From Desulfurococcales archaeon (GTDB lineage Archaea; Thermoproteota; Thermoprotei_A; Sulfolobales; Desulfurococcaceae), in contig JALVYU010000031.1 of assembly GCA_027022365.1 (NCBI GenBank), positions 256,001 to 320,000 on the forward strand: a DNA stretch of 64,000 nt, given 5' to 3'. Below, one piece after another: positions 29,416 to 39,814 of the stretch. The notes below the pieces were generated by a model that saw only the letters and a program-made list of their open reading frames with translations, was not told the DNA's origin and did not search any database. A program made the translations under genes and the position numbers. Position 1 is the stretch's first letter; each line of letters starts with the position of its first letter.

Positions 29416-30693
29416 GTGGTGCAACTCTTGTCAACACACTCTCTCAGGAAGATCATAGAAGACACGTTGATGCAAATGATATCTTCAGGAGGCGCTATGG
29501 CAGGTATTGCTGGACTATTGTGGGGTCTGAGAGAACAAGTATTTGTCGAAACAGTAACAGGGGGGGCACCACTCATTACTGATGGCATCTATATAGGTGT
29601 TGACCCGATAAAGCTATCGTCTTTGAACATAGATGTGAGGGCCCGCCTACTTTATCATGTCGGTCTACACATGCTGGATGGTGATCCCCCGATTATCTAT
29701 GGACGTGGAATATATAGCGGGCTGGCCGAGGCAGTGATAGATCCCTATCTCAGATACGGAGAAGTGGAGGAGCTTGTCGATTACTTTGTCAAAAAGATCA
29801 GAAAAGAAACGGGTCTGCTAGTCTATACCGACGAGTTTGACCCATACCTTGAAGACCCGGGCATACTCTATGGTGTACTTAAATCGCTTTGTCTTAGGAA
29901 CAAGGTTGATCCGAACACTATTTTCGATTTGGAACGACACGTTGTCCCGCCCGGAAGTATATCGGGGAAAGGCCTTGACGGCAAAACGAAGAATCCGCCG
30001 GAAAAACCATATATTGTCGCTGTGAACATGTCGAGGCGTATGGTGTCTGATCTAAGAAGGAACGCCGATACGCAATCCTTGTTTCTCGTCGAGAACCTTC
30101 CATCAATGAGAAGGCCTAAGAAGACATGGGTCGAAAGGATCAGAGATATAGTATCGAGTCTTTCAGGCGAGAAGGCAAGCTTGATACTAGTTATTGATCT
30201 TCCGGGCGTTACCGATGAAGAAGCAGAGATATTCACGGGTACCATAAAGGTCGCGGTCGGTGAAGCAGGCTATAATCTCGATATTGTTAGAACCATGTGT
30301 GTAGCAGATACGCTATGTACATCATACATCGGCCTAACGCCCAGGTATAAGGAGATAAATGAGAAATGCCGAAGATCCGGAGAAACTCTGATGACGGAGC
30401 CTATGAGACTTGTAAAATCTATGACTTTCGAAGCAGCCATAATATTTACTGACGGCTACTGGGGAGACGAGTACGAGGAAGAGCTGCTCAAGGACGCTAA
30501 AAGCGTATGTACTAAGTTCAGAAAACCAGTAAAGAAAGGATTCTTCTTCAAGAGAGTTCTTCCCCGTACAGTAGACACACTCGTTTTAACGACAGGGCTG
30601 GAACCCGGGGGATTAAAGGATGCTGGCTGGGAAATACTGTTTTTCTATGAAGGCATGTATAATGGGCTGAGAGAAGTATTCATCAAACGCTAA
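29416..30693 (+). CDS. Degenerate DUF2201-like protein (metallopeptidase-like plus VWA-like domains)
   Basis: TDG...LLYHVGLH in the N-terminal part; LVID, GET and IIFTDGY in the C-terminal part. Confidence 0.5.
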   Translation: MVQLLSTHSLRKIIEDTLMQMISSGGAMAGIAGLLWGLREQVFVETVTGGAPLITDGIYIGVDPIKLSSLNIDVRARLLYHVGLHMLDGDPPIIYGRGIYSGLAEAVIDPYLRYGEVEELVDYFVKKIRKETGLLVYTDEFDPYLEDPGILYGVLKSLCLRNKVDPNTIFDLERHVVPPGSISGKGLDGKTKNPPEKPYIVAVNMSRRMVSDLRRNADTQSLFLVENLPSMRRPKKTWVERIRDIVSSLSGEKASLILVIDLPGVTDEEAEIFTGTIKVAVGEAGYNLDIVRTMCVADTLCTSYIGLTPRYKEINEKCRRSGETLMTEPMRLVKSMTFEAAIIFTDGYWGDEYEEELLKDAKSVCTKFRKPVKKGFFFKRVLPRTVDTLVLTTGLEPGGLKDAGWEILFFYEGMYNGLREVFIKR

Positions 30694-30781
30694 CAGACTA
30701 CATATTTCTTTGTTGAACGTGCAGTAATATTAATTCGATACATTCAGACTGTATAATCTAGTATAGATAATCTATACATGG

Positions 30782-31495
30782 GTGGAGATCTTGATTAAGG
30801 CTGTAACATTTGATGTATGGAATACTCTCCTAAGACTAGATGTCATGAGAGAACGGATGGCCGAGGGAATAGCCGAGGTCGTTGGTCGAGATCCCCTTGA
30901 GATGAGGCTCGTCGTCGAGGAACTAGTACGCGATATAAAGGCTAAAAGGCAGAGGCTCGAGGTAACAGATCCTCTTGAAGCCTCTTGGGAACTGCTTGCC
31001 GAAAGACTAGAGTGTAGAATTAATGATATTAAGAACGGGGTTGCTAGGGGGCTGCTTAGAGTCCTTGAGGATCCCGAGCCCCTCTTGTTCTCGGATACGC
31101 TGGGCGTTATTAGGTCTCTAAGGGATGATATGGAGAAACTAGCGGTAATAGGCAATGTACTCCTATGGCCCGGAAGCTATACTAGAGTCATACTTGAGAG
31201 GCTCGGTATAGCTGAGTACATGGACCTGATTGTATTCGCGGACGAGGCGGGAGCCATGAAGCCTGACAGAAGGCTATTCTTGAATGTTTTAAAACAACTT
31301 GGGATAGAGCCGTCCGAGGCAATACATGTTGGTGACGGGATAATAGAGGATCTAGGCGGAGCACTATCTTCCGGGATGAAAGCAGCTATAATAAGACCAG
31401 AAACCGGAAGAACCACGGTAATTAAGGAACTAGGTATAGCGATCATACCGAACATAGGCTTTCTCCCGGAGGCCATCTACATGCTTAATAGATAA
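30782..31495 (+). CDS. HAD-superfamily hydrolase
   Basis: FDVWNTL, KPD, HVGDG..EDLGGA. Confidence 0.9.
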   Translation: MEILIKAVTFDVWNTLLRLDVMRERMAEGIAEVVGRDPLEMRLVVEELVRDIKAKRQRLEVTDPLEASWELLAERLECRINDIKNGVARGLLRVLEDPEPLLFSDTLGVIRSLRDDMEKLAVIGNVLLWPGSYTRVILERLGIAEYMDLIVFADEAGAMKPDRRLFLNVLKQLGIEPSEAIHVGDGIIEDLGGALSSGMKAAIIRPETGRTTVIKELGIAIIPNIGFLPEAIYMLNR

Positions 31496-31555
31496 AGGAC
31501 AAGCCGTACCCGGCAACTACCAATAACTCGGTTCTCAGTCTTAATTTATGTATGG

Positions 31556-31915
31556 GTGAATAACGTGCAACCACTGATTAAATCCTATAGTTTCGGAAAA
31601 ATCATCATAGACGGTGAGGTATATACACATGATATAATCATACTTCCTGATAGAATAATTGATAATTGGTGGAGGAAAGAAGGCCATTATCTCCAACTCG
31701 ACGATCTAAAGGATATAGGGGAGATCATAGCCGATGCGGCCGTTATAGGGACTGGATACTATGGACTAATGCGTGTCGACAAGGAAGTGATCGAGTACTT
31801 CAAGGAGAAGGGCATGGAGGTATACGTGGCTGAGACGAGGAAAGCCGTTGAGAAATACAATGAGCTTGTCAAGAAGGGTAAGAAGGTGATCGGATTATTC
31901 CACTTGACCTGCTAG
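31556..31915 (+). CDS. Mth938/DUF498-domain protein
   Basis: SYSFGKI.IDG, WWRKEGH, IGTG..G, HLTC C-terminus. Confidence 0.88.
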   Translation: MNNVQPLIKSYSFGKIIIDGEVYTHDIIILPDRIIDNWWRKEGHYLQLDDLKDIGEIIADAAVIGTGYYGLMRVDKEVIEYFKEKGMEVYVAETRKAVEKYNELVKKGKKVIGLFHLTC

Positions 31916-32856
31916 TTTCCGCCCAAGCTCACTATCATATAGTTTAGCGTTTTTGGTAATTGCTCAATACTATATTCTATATTGATATATCTCCGCAATA
32001 TCTTGAACCCGCACCTCATATAGTAGTCGACAACCTCAGGGTAAGCGTCGAGATAAACTATTTCTAGTCCCGCCTCCCTAAGCTTCCTTAGTGCTTCGGC
32101 GAGTAATTTCCGGCCTATCCCCATGCCATGGTACTTCTTCTTAACAGCTAAAGTATAAATATAGCCCGCCTTGACGCCTATTCCTCTAGTCATAAAATCT
32201 ACGTATCCTACGGGCTCGCCGTCCAGCATGGCTATGAGGGCCCTGATCCTCCCTGACCTATACATCTTCGCTACGTCAGCCGGACTGATCGGTGTGAACC
32301 ATGGATACAGCGAGAAAGCATCATTATAAATACTGGCCACAGCCTCCTCTAAGCCAGGCCTATAATCTATTATCTCAACAACGGGTTCTCCACCGATCCT
32401 AATTCTTCTCGGGGCTAACATAATATATGTAGAGTAAATACTGCGCCCAACACCGAGTATTTCCTGGACAGCGCGGTGGAGAATACCGTATTCTGGCCCG
32501 GCGAATACCTGGACAATATATGAGTCTTTCTCTAAACCTTTTAGCCTAGTCCATGAGAGCATTATTTCGAGTACATCGATGAATAAACCCCTGGGGAGAC
32601 GGGGATCAATATATGGGTTTATTCTAATCCTTCCGTTTCTCCACCATATAAATGCGAATCCGGCGGGCCTACCCATAACATATAGCGTTATGAATTTATC
32701 CGGCTCGAACCACGAGGCGTCAAACCATTGTCTTATCATCTCGTCGCCACTCATATCCTCAGCTATCCACGGTATATCATACGATGTAGCCTCACGGTAT
32801 ATCTCTGCCAATAAATCGATCCTCCACGGCCTACTAGTATCCGTCAACACGATCAA
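31912..32856 (-). CDS. Tandem GNAT acetyltransferase
   Basis: LAVKKKYHGMGIGRKLL acetyl-CoA motif in the C-terminal domain; YYMRCGF. Confidence 0.8.
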   Translation of the reverse strand: MIVLTDTSRPWRIDLLAEIYREATSYDIPWIAEDMSGDEMIRQWFDASWFEPDKFITLYVMGRPAGFAFIWWRNGRIRINPYIDPRLPRGLFIDVLEIMLSWTRLKGLEKDSYIVQVFAGPEYGILHRAVQEILGVGRSIYSTYIMLAPRRIRIGGEPVVEIIDYRPGLEEAVASIYNDAFSLYPWFTPISPADVAKMYRSGRIRALIAMLDGEPVGYVDFMTRGIGVKAGYIYTLAVKKKYHGMGIGRKLLAEALRKLREAGLEIVYLDAYPEVVDYYMRCGFKILRRYINIEYSIEQLPKTLNYMIVSLGGN

Positions 32857-32982
32857 ATAGTCTCACCCCCTTCACAATTATTGATCACTATCCATGCACT
32901 CGAACAGGACAGTCTTGCCTTTACCATAATACAATAATATAATAACAATACGCCATAATTTATTACTCTGAAAAACATTATC

Positions 32983-34026
32983 TTGAGGCCATCCACCGAT
33001 ATGAGGAAAACAATCAGCGTTGACGAGATAATAAGAGACATATATGTGTCGCCGAGCAAACCAGCCATCAGGCTAGCAAGAAAGTACGGGTACCTCCCCT
33101 ACATGGTTGAACGATACATACGTATTATAGGCCTCAGAGAGACCACTAAGCTCCTGGAGGCTTTCGAGAAACCCCTCGCGCCCGTAATAAGGACAAACAC
33201 AGTCCTTATTGAGCCGGAGAAGCTGACGAAAAAACTGGAAAGCCTTGGCTTCAATCTAGAACCTATAGCCTGGCTCCCCTACGCATTCAGAGTCGTGAGG
33301 GCGCCAAGATCACCTAGTATCGGTAGTACACACGAGTATTTGAAGGGGCTGTATTATGTCCATAGGGATGCAGCCGCACTACTTCCCCCGGTTCTCTTGA
33401 TCGACGACCGCTACGAAGGCGATGCTCTCGATATGTGTGCGGCACCCGGCGGGAAGGCTACACATTTAGCCCAGCTACTATATGGGCGGGGAAGGGTTAT
33501 CGCTAACGATCTTGTGCTCTACAGGATAAAGTCGCTTATAGGCCACGTCATGAGGATGAGGCTAGACAATGTCGATGTGACATGGGCAGACGCCCGTAAA
33601 CTCCCCAGTATAATGAAAAGAAGATTCAAGAGAATACTCCTCGATGCACCATGTAGTGGGGAAGGAACGATAATGTTTGACCCCGGCAGGAAGACCAGGA
33701 CGACGATTAACGATTTAGCTGTGATCGTTAAGCGTGAAATAGAGCTCCTCAATGCAGCCCTAGATATGCTTGAGCCCGGCGGCATCCTTGCCTACTCCAC
33801 ATGTAGTATAGCTCCGGAGGAAAACGAGTATGTGATCTACAGGCTGATGATGATAAGGGATGACTTTGAAATAGTTGAACCGCGCAACAAATTATTTGAA
33901 TGGTCTACATGGCTTACCAGTTATAAGGACATGGATTACCCGGACGACTACATGAAATGTGTGAGGATATGGCCACACAGACACGGAATGATAGGATTCA
34001 CAGTCTGCCTGCTAAGGAAGACCTAG
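32983..34026 (+). CDS. RsmB/Nop2-family RNA m5C methyltransferase
   Basis: DMCAAPGGK, LLDAPCSGEG, YSTCS..PEENE, RIWPH. Confidence 0.93.
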   Translation: MRPSTDMRKTISVDEIIRDIYVSPSKPAIRLARKYGYLPYMVERYIRIIGLRETTKLLEAFEKPLAPVIRTNTVLIEPEKLTKKLESLGFNLEPIAWLPYAFRVVRAPRSPSIGSTHEYLKGLYYVHRDAAALLPPVLLIDDRYEGDALDMCAAPGGKATHLAQLLYGRGRVIANDLVLYRIKSLIGHVMRMRLDNVDVTWADARKLPSIMKRRFKRILLDAPCSGEGTIMFDPGRKTRTTINDLAVIVKREIELLNAALDMLEPGGILAYSTCSIAPEENEYVIYRLMMIRDDFEIVEPRNKLFEWSTWLTSYKDMDYPDDYMKCVRIWPHRHGMIGFTVCLLRKT

Positions 34027-34571
34027 CCTAGAGCTCTGAGGAACAAGCCTAGATCGTAGATGTTCCTATAAATCCTCTTCCGTGGATCCCATCGTACGAC
34101 CCCGATTACTCTATAATCACTACTATCGATAACAGCCAATGGATGCTTCTTTGGCCCATAGACTTTCTGTACGCTCACAGGGAGTAGATCATTACCGTAA
34201 AGGAAAGCCTTGACGCCTTTATCCCGGGCTATCACGGCCGCTCTGAACCCGTGCTCCATATATATTTCCTCGTAAAGCACTGGTGATAGGTAGGGATAAT
34301 CATCTATGATAAGTCCTACCCAGCGCCCGCTATAGAGTGTTGTAGCTGGATAAGTATTTCTCCCTTCATGAATGATGCATGTTTTACCGAGGCAAGTCAC
34401 CATGAGGCTATTGCCGATATAGTTGCTTGGATAGGCTCTCAGTGATTTACGAACATAGTTTTTCAGAATGAAGAGATGCCTTCTCGCTAATCTCTTCGAT
34501 TCATAGGTTATTTTTTGTTCTATACCTTGTTTTCTGTACTTCATGGTTTTTACCTGGTTATTCTTATACAT
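34023..34571 (-). CDS. Nip7-like/PUA-domain RNA-binding protein
   Basis: KAFLYGNDL, VIGV, NIYDLGLFLR. Confidence 0.65.
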   Translation of the reverse strand: MYKNNQVKTMKYRKQGIEQKITYESKRLARRHLFILKNYVRKSLRAYPSNYIGNSLMVTCLGKTCIIHEGRNTYPATTLYSGRWVGLIIDDYPYLSPVLYEEIYMEHGFRAAVIARDKGVKAFLYGNDLLPVSVQKVYGPKKHPLAVIDSSDYRVIGVVRWDPRKRIYRNIYDLGLFLRALG

Positions 34572-34746
34572 ATCTATGTTTTACCCTATATGCGTAGATA
34601 TTTACGATCATATATTTGTCGTCGGTTATTATATAGATGTAAATGTAGATTGTATCCCACTATTTCTACCATAATATTTTATAGTTCCTCATGACACTAC
34701 GTTATCACGAAGTAATTAACACTTTATAATCAATAATAACTCGTTC

Positions 34747-35826
34747 ATGGTGAATAATTTGAGGTTTACCTGGATGTGTAAAGAGCCCGAGAACGTGCCG
34801 GGCCGTTCTAAGACAAAGATATCCATCATTGGCGCAGGCCCGGCCGGACTAGCTGCTGCAGGCTTTCTCGCCTGTAAGGGCTACAGTATAACCATGTATG
34901 ATAAGCAGCCTCTAGCGGGAGGCCTAATGGTCTTCGCAATACCCAAGATAAGGATAAGGGATGAGACAGTATTTGTTGGTGTCGACGAGCTCCGCGACAA
35001 GTTTGGCATAGAGTTTAAGCTCGCCACGAAAGTATTCGCGGATCCGACGCCCAGGAAGGATGAAGGAGAAGAACTAGTCAAGGAGAACTTGCCCCTCAAG
35101 GAGATAATTGAGAAAAGCGACGCCGTAATGATAACAACGGGTACGTGGAGGAGTAGAAGACTAGGTCTACCCGGCGAAGACGGGCCCGGAGTGCTGAGCG
35201 CTCTCGATTTCCTATACGCGATAAGACTCTACGAGAAAGGATTGACAAGCCACAAGCCCAGAATAGGTAGACGTGTAGTAGTAATAGGAGCTGGCCTCAG
35301 CGCCGTGGACGCTGCAATGGAGGCGTGGGACAGGGGTGCACAAGAAGTAATCATCGCCTATAGGAGAACGATCAAGCAGGCCCCGGCAGGAGTCTACGAG
35401 ATAAACCAGCTGATCAGGAAGGGCATAAAATGGATCGAGCTGGCAAGCCCCCTTGAGATAATACGTGAGAATGGCGTGGTGAAAGCAATAAAGCTCCAGA
35501 GGATGAGGCTCGGAGAACCGGATGCAAGTGGAAGGCCAAGGCCAATACCAATACCGGGGAGCGAGTTCACCCTTGAGGCAGATACCGTGATCCTAGCGGT
35601 GGGCGAGCTCGCGACACCACCGTTTGAGAAGGAGAATCTCGGCATAACTGTTGATAGGAAAGGGAGGATACAAGTCGATCAGTACTATAGGACCACGAAC
35701 CCGAAGGTATGGGCAGCTGGAGATGTTGTCACGGGGCCTAGCTTCATCGGCAATGCTGTGAAGACCGCCTTATATGCTGCGAAGGCCATGCATATCCACT
35801 TAAGTGGGAAGAAATTACTGTATTAG
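34747..35826 (+). CDS. GltD-like FAD/NAD(P)H oxidoreductase lacking the N-terminal Fe-S domain
   Basis: IIGAGPAG, GGLMVFAIP, VIGAGLSAVD, YRR, LGEPDASGRPRP, AAGDVVTGP. Confidence 0.88.
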   Translation: MVNNLRFTWMCKEPENVPGRSKTKISIIGAGPAGLAAAGFLACKGYSITMYDKQPLAGGLMVFAIPKIRIRDETVFVGVDELRDKFGIEFKLATKVFADPTPRKDEGEELVKENLPLKEIIEKSDAVMITTGTWRSRRLGLPGEDGPGVLSALDFLYAIRLYEKGLTSHKPRIGRRVVVIGAGLSAVDAAMEAWDRGAQEVIIAYRRTIKQAPAGVYEINQLIRKGIKWIELASPLEIIRENGVVKAIKLQRMRLGEPDASGRPRPIPIPGSEFTLEADTVILAVGELATPPFEKENLGITVDRKGRIQVDQYYRTTNPKVWAAGDVVTGPSFIGNAVKTALYAAKAMHIHLSGKKLLY

Positions 35827-35930
35827 TACTTGTTTTTGACCAGGTTTACAATACATTAGAATCTGTATGTTACAAAATAAGTATATAATACGTAATAAAC
35901 AAAGTTCAAAACCTGGGATGGAGGAGAACC

Positions 35931-36449
35931 GTGATGGCGGAAGAAGGGGTTAAGGGGAGGAACACTTTCCTAAGGTATATTGATCTCGATAAGTGCATGG
36001 GATGCTACACCTGCCAGGCCGTTTGTGACTTCATACATGATGGGAAACCCTATATAATCGTCTACGAGACGAGCATCGGGCTGAAAACACCTATCTCTTG
36101 TATGCACTGTAGCCGTGCTCCATGTGTAGAGGTATGCCCGACAGGGGCCATGACGCGGGATGAGAGCGGCGCGGTCTATGTTGATACAATGAAATGCATT
36201 GGCTGTATGGCTTGCCTATATGCCTGTCCTTTTGGGATACCGGAGCTAGACCCTGAGCTGAGAGTTGCGACAAAATGTGATCTCTGTAGGCCGTTGAGGA
36301 AGCAGGGCCTAGACCCCGCTTGCTACGCGATGTGCCCAGCCGAGGCAATAATCTACGGCGAGACGAAAGAGGTAGCAGACAAGATTAAAAGGAGGAAAGC
36401 TGAGCAGCTCGTCCGTGCCAAGATGCTGGACTATTTTCCCAGTGCATAA
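35931..36449 (+). CDS. 4x[4Fe-4S] electron-transfer subunit (HycB/CooF-like)
   Basis: CMGCYTCQAVC, CMHCSRAPCVEVCP, CIGCMACLYACPFG, KCDLC...PACYAMCP. Confidence 0.92.
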   Translation: MMAEEGVKGRNTFLRYIDLDKCMGCYTCQAVCDFIHDGKPYIIVYETSIGLKTPISCMHCSRAPCVEVCPTGAMTRDESGAVYVDTMKCIGCMACLYACPFGIPELDPELRVATKCDLCRPLRKQGLDPACYAMCPAEAIIYGETKEVADKIKRRKAEQLVRAKMLDYFPSA

Positions 36450-36490
36450 TACTTATTGTTTTCAGCCTATGAGGCCAACCGGGATCAACG

Positions 36491-37966
36491 ATGTTAAGCC
36501 TTGAGTACTTCGTGTTATTTACGATCATTTCTTATATACTCATATTTATACCTATTAAGAACAAGGCTCTACAGATCGTTCTACGCATAACCTCATATCT
36601 ATTAATACTGGCCGCAATACCTTTCGGTTTTCTCGATTTCCTATCACTTATTTTCTTAGGTTTAGCGATCCCTGTAAGTCTTCTCACAAGCCTCTACAAT
36701 CTCTGGTATGGAGAGGCGAAGTACAGGGGCAAGAACCTGCAGGGCTTGATAGATGTCTTCAACTTATCGATCATATATACTTTCGCGGCACCCAACATGA
36801 TAGCCTTCATATCCCTCTGGACGCTGTCCGAGATAGTGGGTTTCCTACTGGTAAGCTTTGAGGGCGGCGACGAAGCATTCCGCGCTGGCTACAGGTTCTT
36901 CTTTCTCAAGAGCATGACATTCGAGCTGAGCGCTCTCACAGCCGTGATAATACTTGCTTATCACATAGGAATAGTTAATGCCCTGCTACTTCCGTTCGAC
37001 AAGCTACAGCCGATCAATATCGGGCTTATCTACTCGACACTAACGATTATCGGGTTCACGACCACCGCGGCCATAGCACCCTTCCATTTCTGGCTGCCAC
37101 ACGCACACAGCACAGCCCCGAGCAGCGGCTCAGCCGTGCTCAGCGGATTAACGGTGAAGATGGGGTTCTACGCCATCATTAGATTTGCGGGATTCTTTAA
37201 CTATCCGTCGAGTCTATGGTACATCATACTGGGGCTCAGTGCCGTGACGGCCTTCTACGGCTTCACAGTCCTCTTGGGTCAGAGGGATATCAAGAGACTC
37301 CTCGCCTACAGCACTATGGGCAATACAGGATTCATGATGGTGTTGCTAGCCATATATGCGCTGACAAACAATAATCTCGTATTCTACGCACTAATAGCGA
37401 ACATCTATGCCCATGGACTCTACAAGGCGAGCCTGTTCTTGAATACCGGCACAATACTTGTCCTCGCCCACACCCGCGACATGACGAGGTTGTCGGCCCT
37501 TGCAGCCTTCACGCCCACCAGTAGTCTCGGAGTCTTACTGACTGTATTGAGCGTGATAGGGGTTCCACCAACAATCGGCTTTACGGGCAAGCTATTAGCG
37601 ATAATTGCCTTAATAACGATCCAGTCGAAATCGCTGGAAATACTGGGCCTAGTGGTCACAGCCTACGCCATATTGGTTAGCATAGTCTACGGCTTCAATA
37701 TCATGGGTATTCATTGGAGAGCCGGCACAATAGGTTTCAAGCCGCGCAGCATACCAATGTATCCTCAAATAATAGAGCTCATACTTTCCACGCTTAGTAT
37801 TATTTATGGAATAGTCCTACTCATGTTCTTCAACCTTGGAGCCCTACAAGTCCTAGTAATAATAAACTCCTTTAGCCTCCTCCTAGTCCTCGGGCTTGTA
37901 GCTGTCTTCTACTACAACATAAAGCCGAGACTATCAAGGGAGCTGAGCGTATATGCCGGCGCCTGA
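36491..37966 (+). CDS. Hydrogenase antiporter-like membrane subunit (HyfB/NuoL type)
   Basis: PFHFWLPHAH, KMGFY, DIKRLLAYST, HGLYKASLFL, GVPPTIGF. Confidence 0.88.
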   Translation: MLSLEYFVLFTIISYILIFIPIKNKALQIVLRITSYLLILAAIPFGFLDFLSLIFLGLAIPVSLLTSLYNLWYGEAKYRGKNLQGLIDVFNLSIIYTFAAPNMIAFISLWTLSEIVGFLLVSFEGGDEAFRAGYRFFFLKSMTFELSALTAVIILAYHIGIVNALLLPFDKLQPINIGLIYSTLTIIGFTTTAAIAPFHFWLPHAHSTAPSSGSAVLSGLTVKMGFYAIIRFAGFFNYPSSLWYIILGLSAVTAFYGFTVLLGQRDIKRLLAYSTMGNTGFMMVLLAIYALTNNNLVFYALIANIYAHGLYKASLFLNTGTILVLAHTRDMTRLSALAAFTPTSSLGVLLTVLSVIGVPPTIGFTGKLLAIIALITIQSKSLEILGLVVTAYAILVSIVYGFNIMGIHWRAGTIGFKPRSIPMYPQIIELILSTLSIIYGIVLLMFFNLGALQVLVIINSFSLLLVLGLVAVFYYNIKPRLSRELSVYAGA

Positions 37967-39512
37967 CCCGTTTCAGGGCCTCACAGCCATACTTGGCATT
38001 AAGTACGTGTTGTTGTTAGTGGCTATTGCCCCGCTAATAGCTGGTAGCCTACTAGTGGACGGGATGAGGAGACTGGGCCGTGGGCTCAGGTTGTTCGCTT
38101 ATTCCTTCATGATATTCCTCGCCATAGCAGATTATCTGTGGCTACACATACTTCTACCGCTATCATACCCGTTCCTCGTACTACTCGGCGCTGTGGGCTT
38201 AGCCATCACGCTTTACACGGAAGGATACTCAAGAGTACTACTAGGCATGGCCCGCCCCCTACAGATCATCGTGGAGATACTCTCGGTCTCACTTCTCCTC
38301 CTATTCACCTCGACACTCCTCATAGAATTTGTAATGTACTGGATACTAACGGAGCTCATAGGCTTCATCATAATCATATTTGATGGGACAAGGGAGTCCT
38401 GGAGAGCAGCGATTACCTATCTCGTGATAGGTGCATTGACAGCCGATTTCAGCCTCTTCACCCTACTAGCGGTGGTGGCGGAGAAGGTCGGCTTGACTGC
38501 TCTCTTTTCAATGACCCTCCAAGCGGTCATGTTTCAAGGCATACATGTCGGGCCGTTCTTGACTATATTGATACTGCTTGGATTCATAGCAAAATCAGCG
38601 CTTGTCCCCCTGCATTTCTGGCTCCCAGAAGCGTACACGCTTGCCCCTAGTCCTGCCTCGGCGAGTTTCAGTGGGATCATGGAGAAGATGAGTATTTTTG
38701 GAGTACTCTTAGTGACTAGATTGGTCGGGCTCGACCCACGGGTCACTATTGGCTTATTCTTAGGGCTTGGAACCATAACGATATTTTACGCGGCAACACA
38801 AGCTATGCTGCAGACCGACGCTAAGAAGCTGTTAAGCTATAGTACGATGGCTTACAGCGGTTGCCTCATGACGCTCCTAGCACTATACCTTGCATCCGGC
38901 ATGAGCTTCACAATGTACCTAGCCATAATATTCCTAATGTTTGCTCATGGCTTATCTAAGAGCCTCTTATTCCTCAATGCTGGGACCATGGAGATACTAG
39001 CTAACACCCGCGAGATATATAGACTAGGATACCTTGCTAGGATAGACCGCAACGGCGCTTTCTCGATCGTTATTGGCGGGATAAGCCTACTGGGAGTCCC
39101 CTCGACGATAGGATTTGTCGGGAAGCTCTACGCTATAATAGCTTTGATCACCACGTATTTCAGCGTGGGATCAATAGTTCTTCCAGCAATAGTGGCATTC
39201 ATCTATTTATCATCGACAGGCATAGTCTACACTCTAAAGTATCTCGGCTGCTATTATGGAGGCTATAAACCCCTTATAAGTGGTGTAGAGAAATACTACC
39301 TTCTAGACCTAGGTGAAGCGCTTGGCGTTGCATCGATAATAGTGTTCGGTGCAGCGAGCTCAATATACTTGTATCTGCTAGGTCTAACACCATACATTAT
39401 AGTGGCTAACCTTGCCATGCTGGCGATCCTCGGTGTAATGCTCTACATTGTGAGGAAGAAGGGGATACAGTACCGTGAAGACGAGCCCTGGCTGGGAGGT
39501 GCATACCCGTGA
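37953..39512 (+). CDS. Hydrogenase antiporter-like membrane subunit (second HyfB/NuoL type)
   Basis: KSALVPLHFWLPEAY, DAKKLLSYST, HGLSKSLLFL. Confidence 0.88.
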   Translation: MPAPDPFQGLTAILGIKYVLLLVAIAPLIAGSLLVDGMRRLGRGLRLFAYSFMIFLAIADYLWLHILLPLSYPFLVLLGAVGLAITLYTEGYSRVLLGMARPLQIIVEILSVSLLLLFTSTLLIEFVMYWILTELIGFIIIIFDGTRESWRAAITYLVIGALTADFSLFTLLAVVAEKVGLTALFSMTLQAVMFQGIHVGPFLTILILLGFIAKSALVPLHFWLPEAYTLAPSPASASFSGIMEKMSIFGVLLVTRLVGLDPRVTIGLFLGLGTITIFYAATQAMLQTDAKKLLSYSTMAYSGCLMTLLALYLASGMSFTMYLAIIFLMFAHGLSKSLLFLNAGTMEILANTREIYRLGYLARIDRNGAFSIVIGGISLLGVPSTIGFVGKLYAIIALITTYFSVGSIVLPAIVAFIYLSSTGIVYTLKYLGCYYGGYKPLISGVEKYYLLDLGEALGVASIIVFGAASSIYLYLLGLTPYIIVANLAMLAILGVMLYIVRKKGIQYREDEPWLGGAYP

Positions 39513-39814
39513 GCTATACCCGGGCTTCAATAGTTTATGGTATCGATAAGTTGTTGGAGAAGATTAAGAAGGGAGTCGCTAAGCTAAAGGGCCCTATCGG
39601 CAGGATAGCGGCGACCATCGTCGTTGCACCCGTCATCCTTGGACAGAAAACGGAGAACGCGATCATATCATTCTCTAATAAGCTGGCCCGGAAGATCAAC
39701 GAGGCCCAGAGAAGCCTCGAGGAAAGCCTAACAATGGCGAGCCTCTATATAGGCTTCCTCATGACAACAGCAATAGTGCTTGCAACGGTGATCATGTATG
39801 TGGCTGGCCATTAG
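39509..39814 (+). CDS. Small hydrogenase-associated membrane subunit
   Basis: Translationally coupled; amphipathic helix plus C-terminal TM. Confidence 0.65.
   Translation: MSYTRASIVYGIDKLLEKIKKGVAKLKGPIGRIAATIVVAPVILGQKTENAIISFSNKLARKINEAQRSLEESLTMASLYIGFLMTTAIVLATVIMYVAGH

Noticed and set aside
35895-35915. SurR-like GTT-N3-AAC site upstream of the hydrogenase Fe-S gene
   Set aside because: A 6-bp-specified motif is expected many times by chance in 64 kb. The same 9-mer occurs near 26861 and 50936, and the extended motif is absent.
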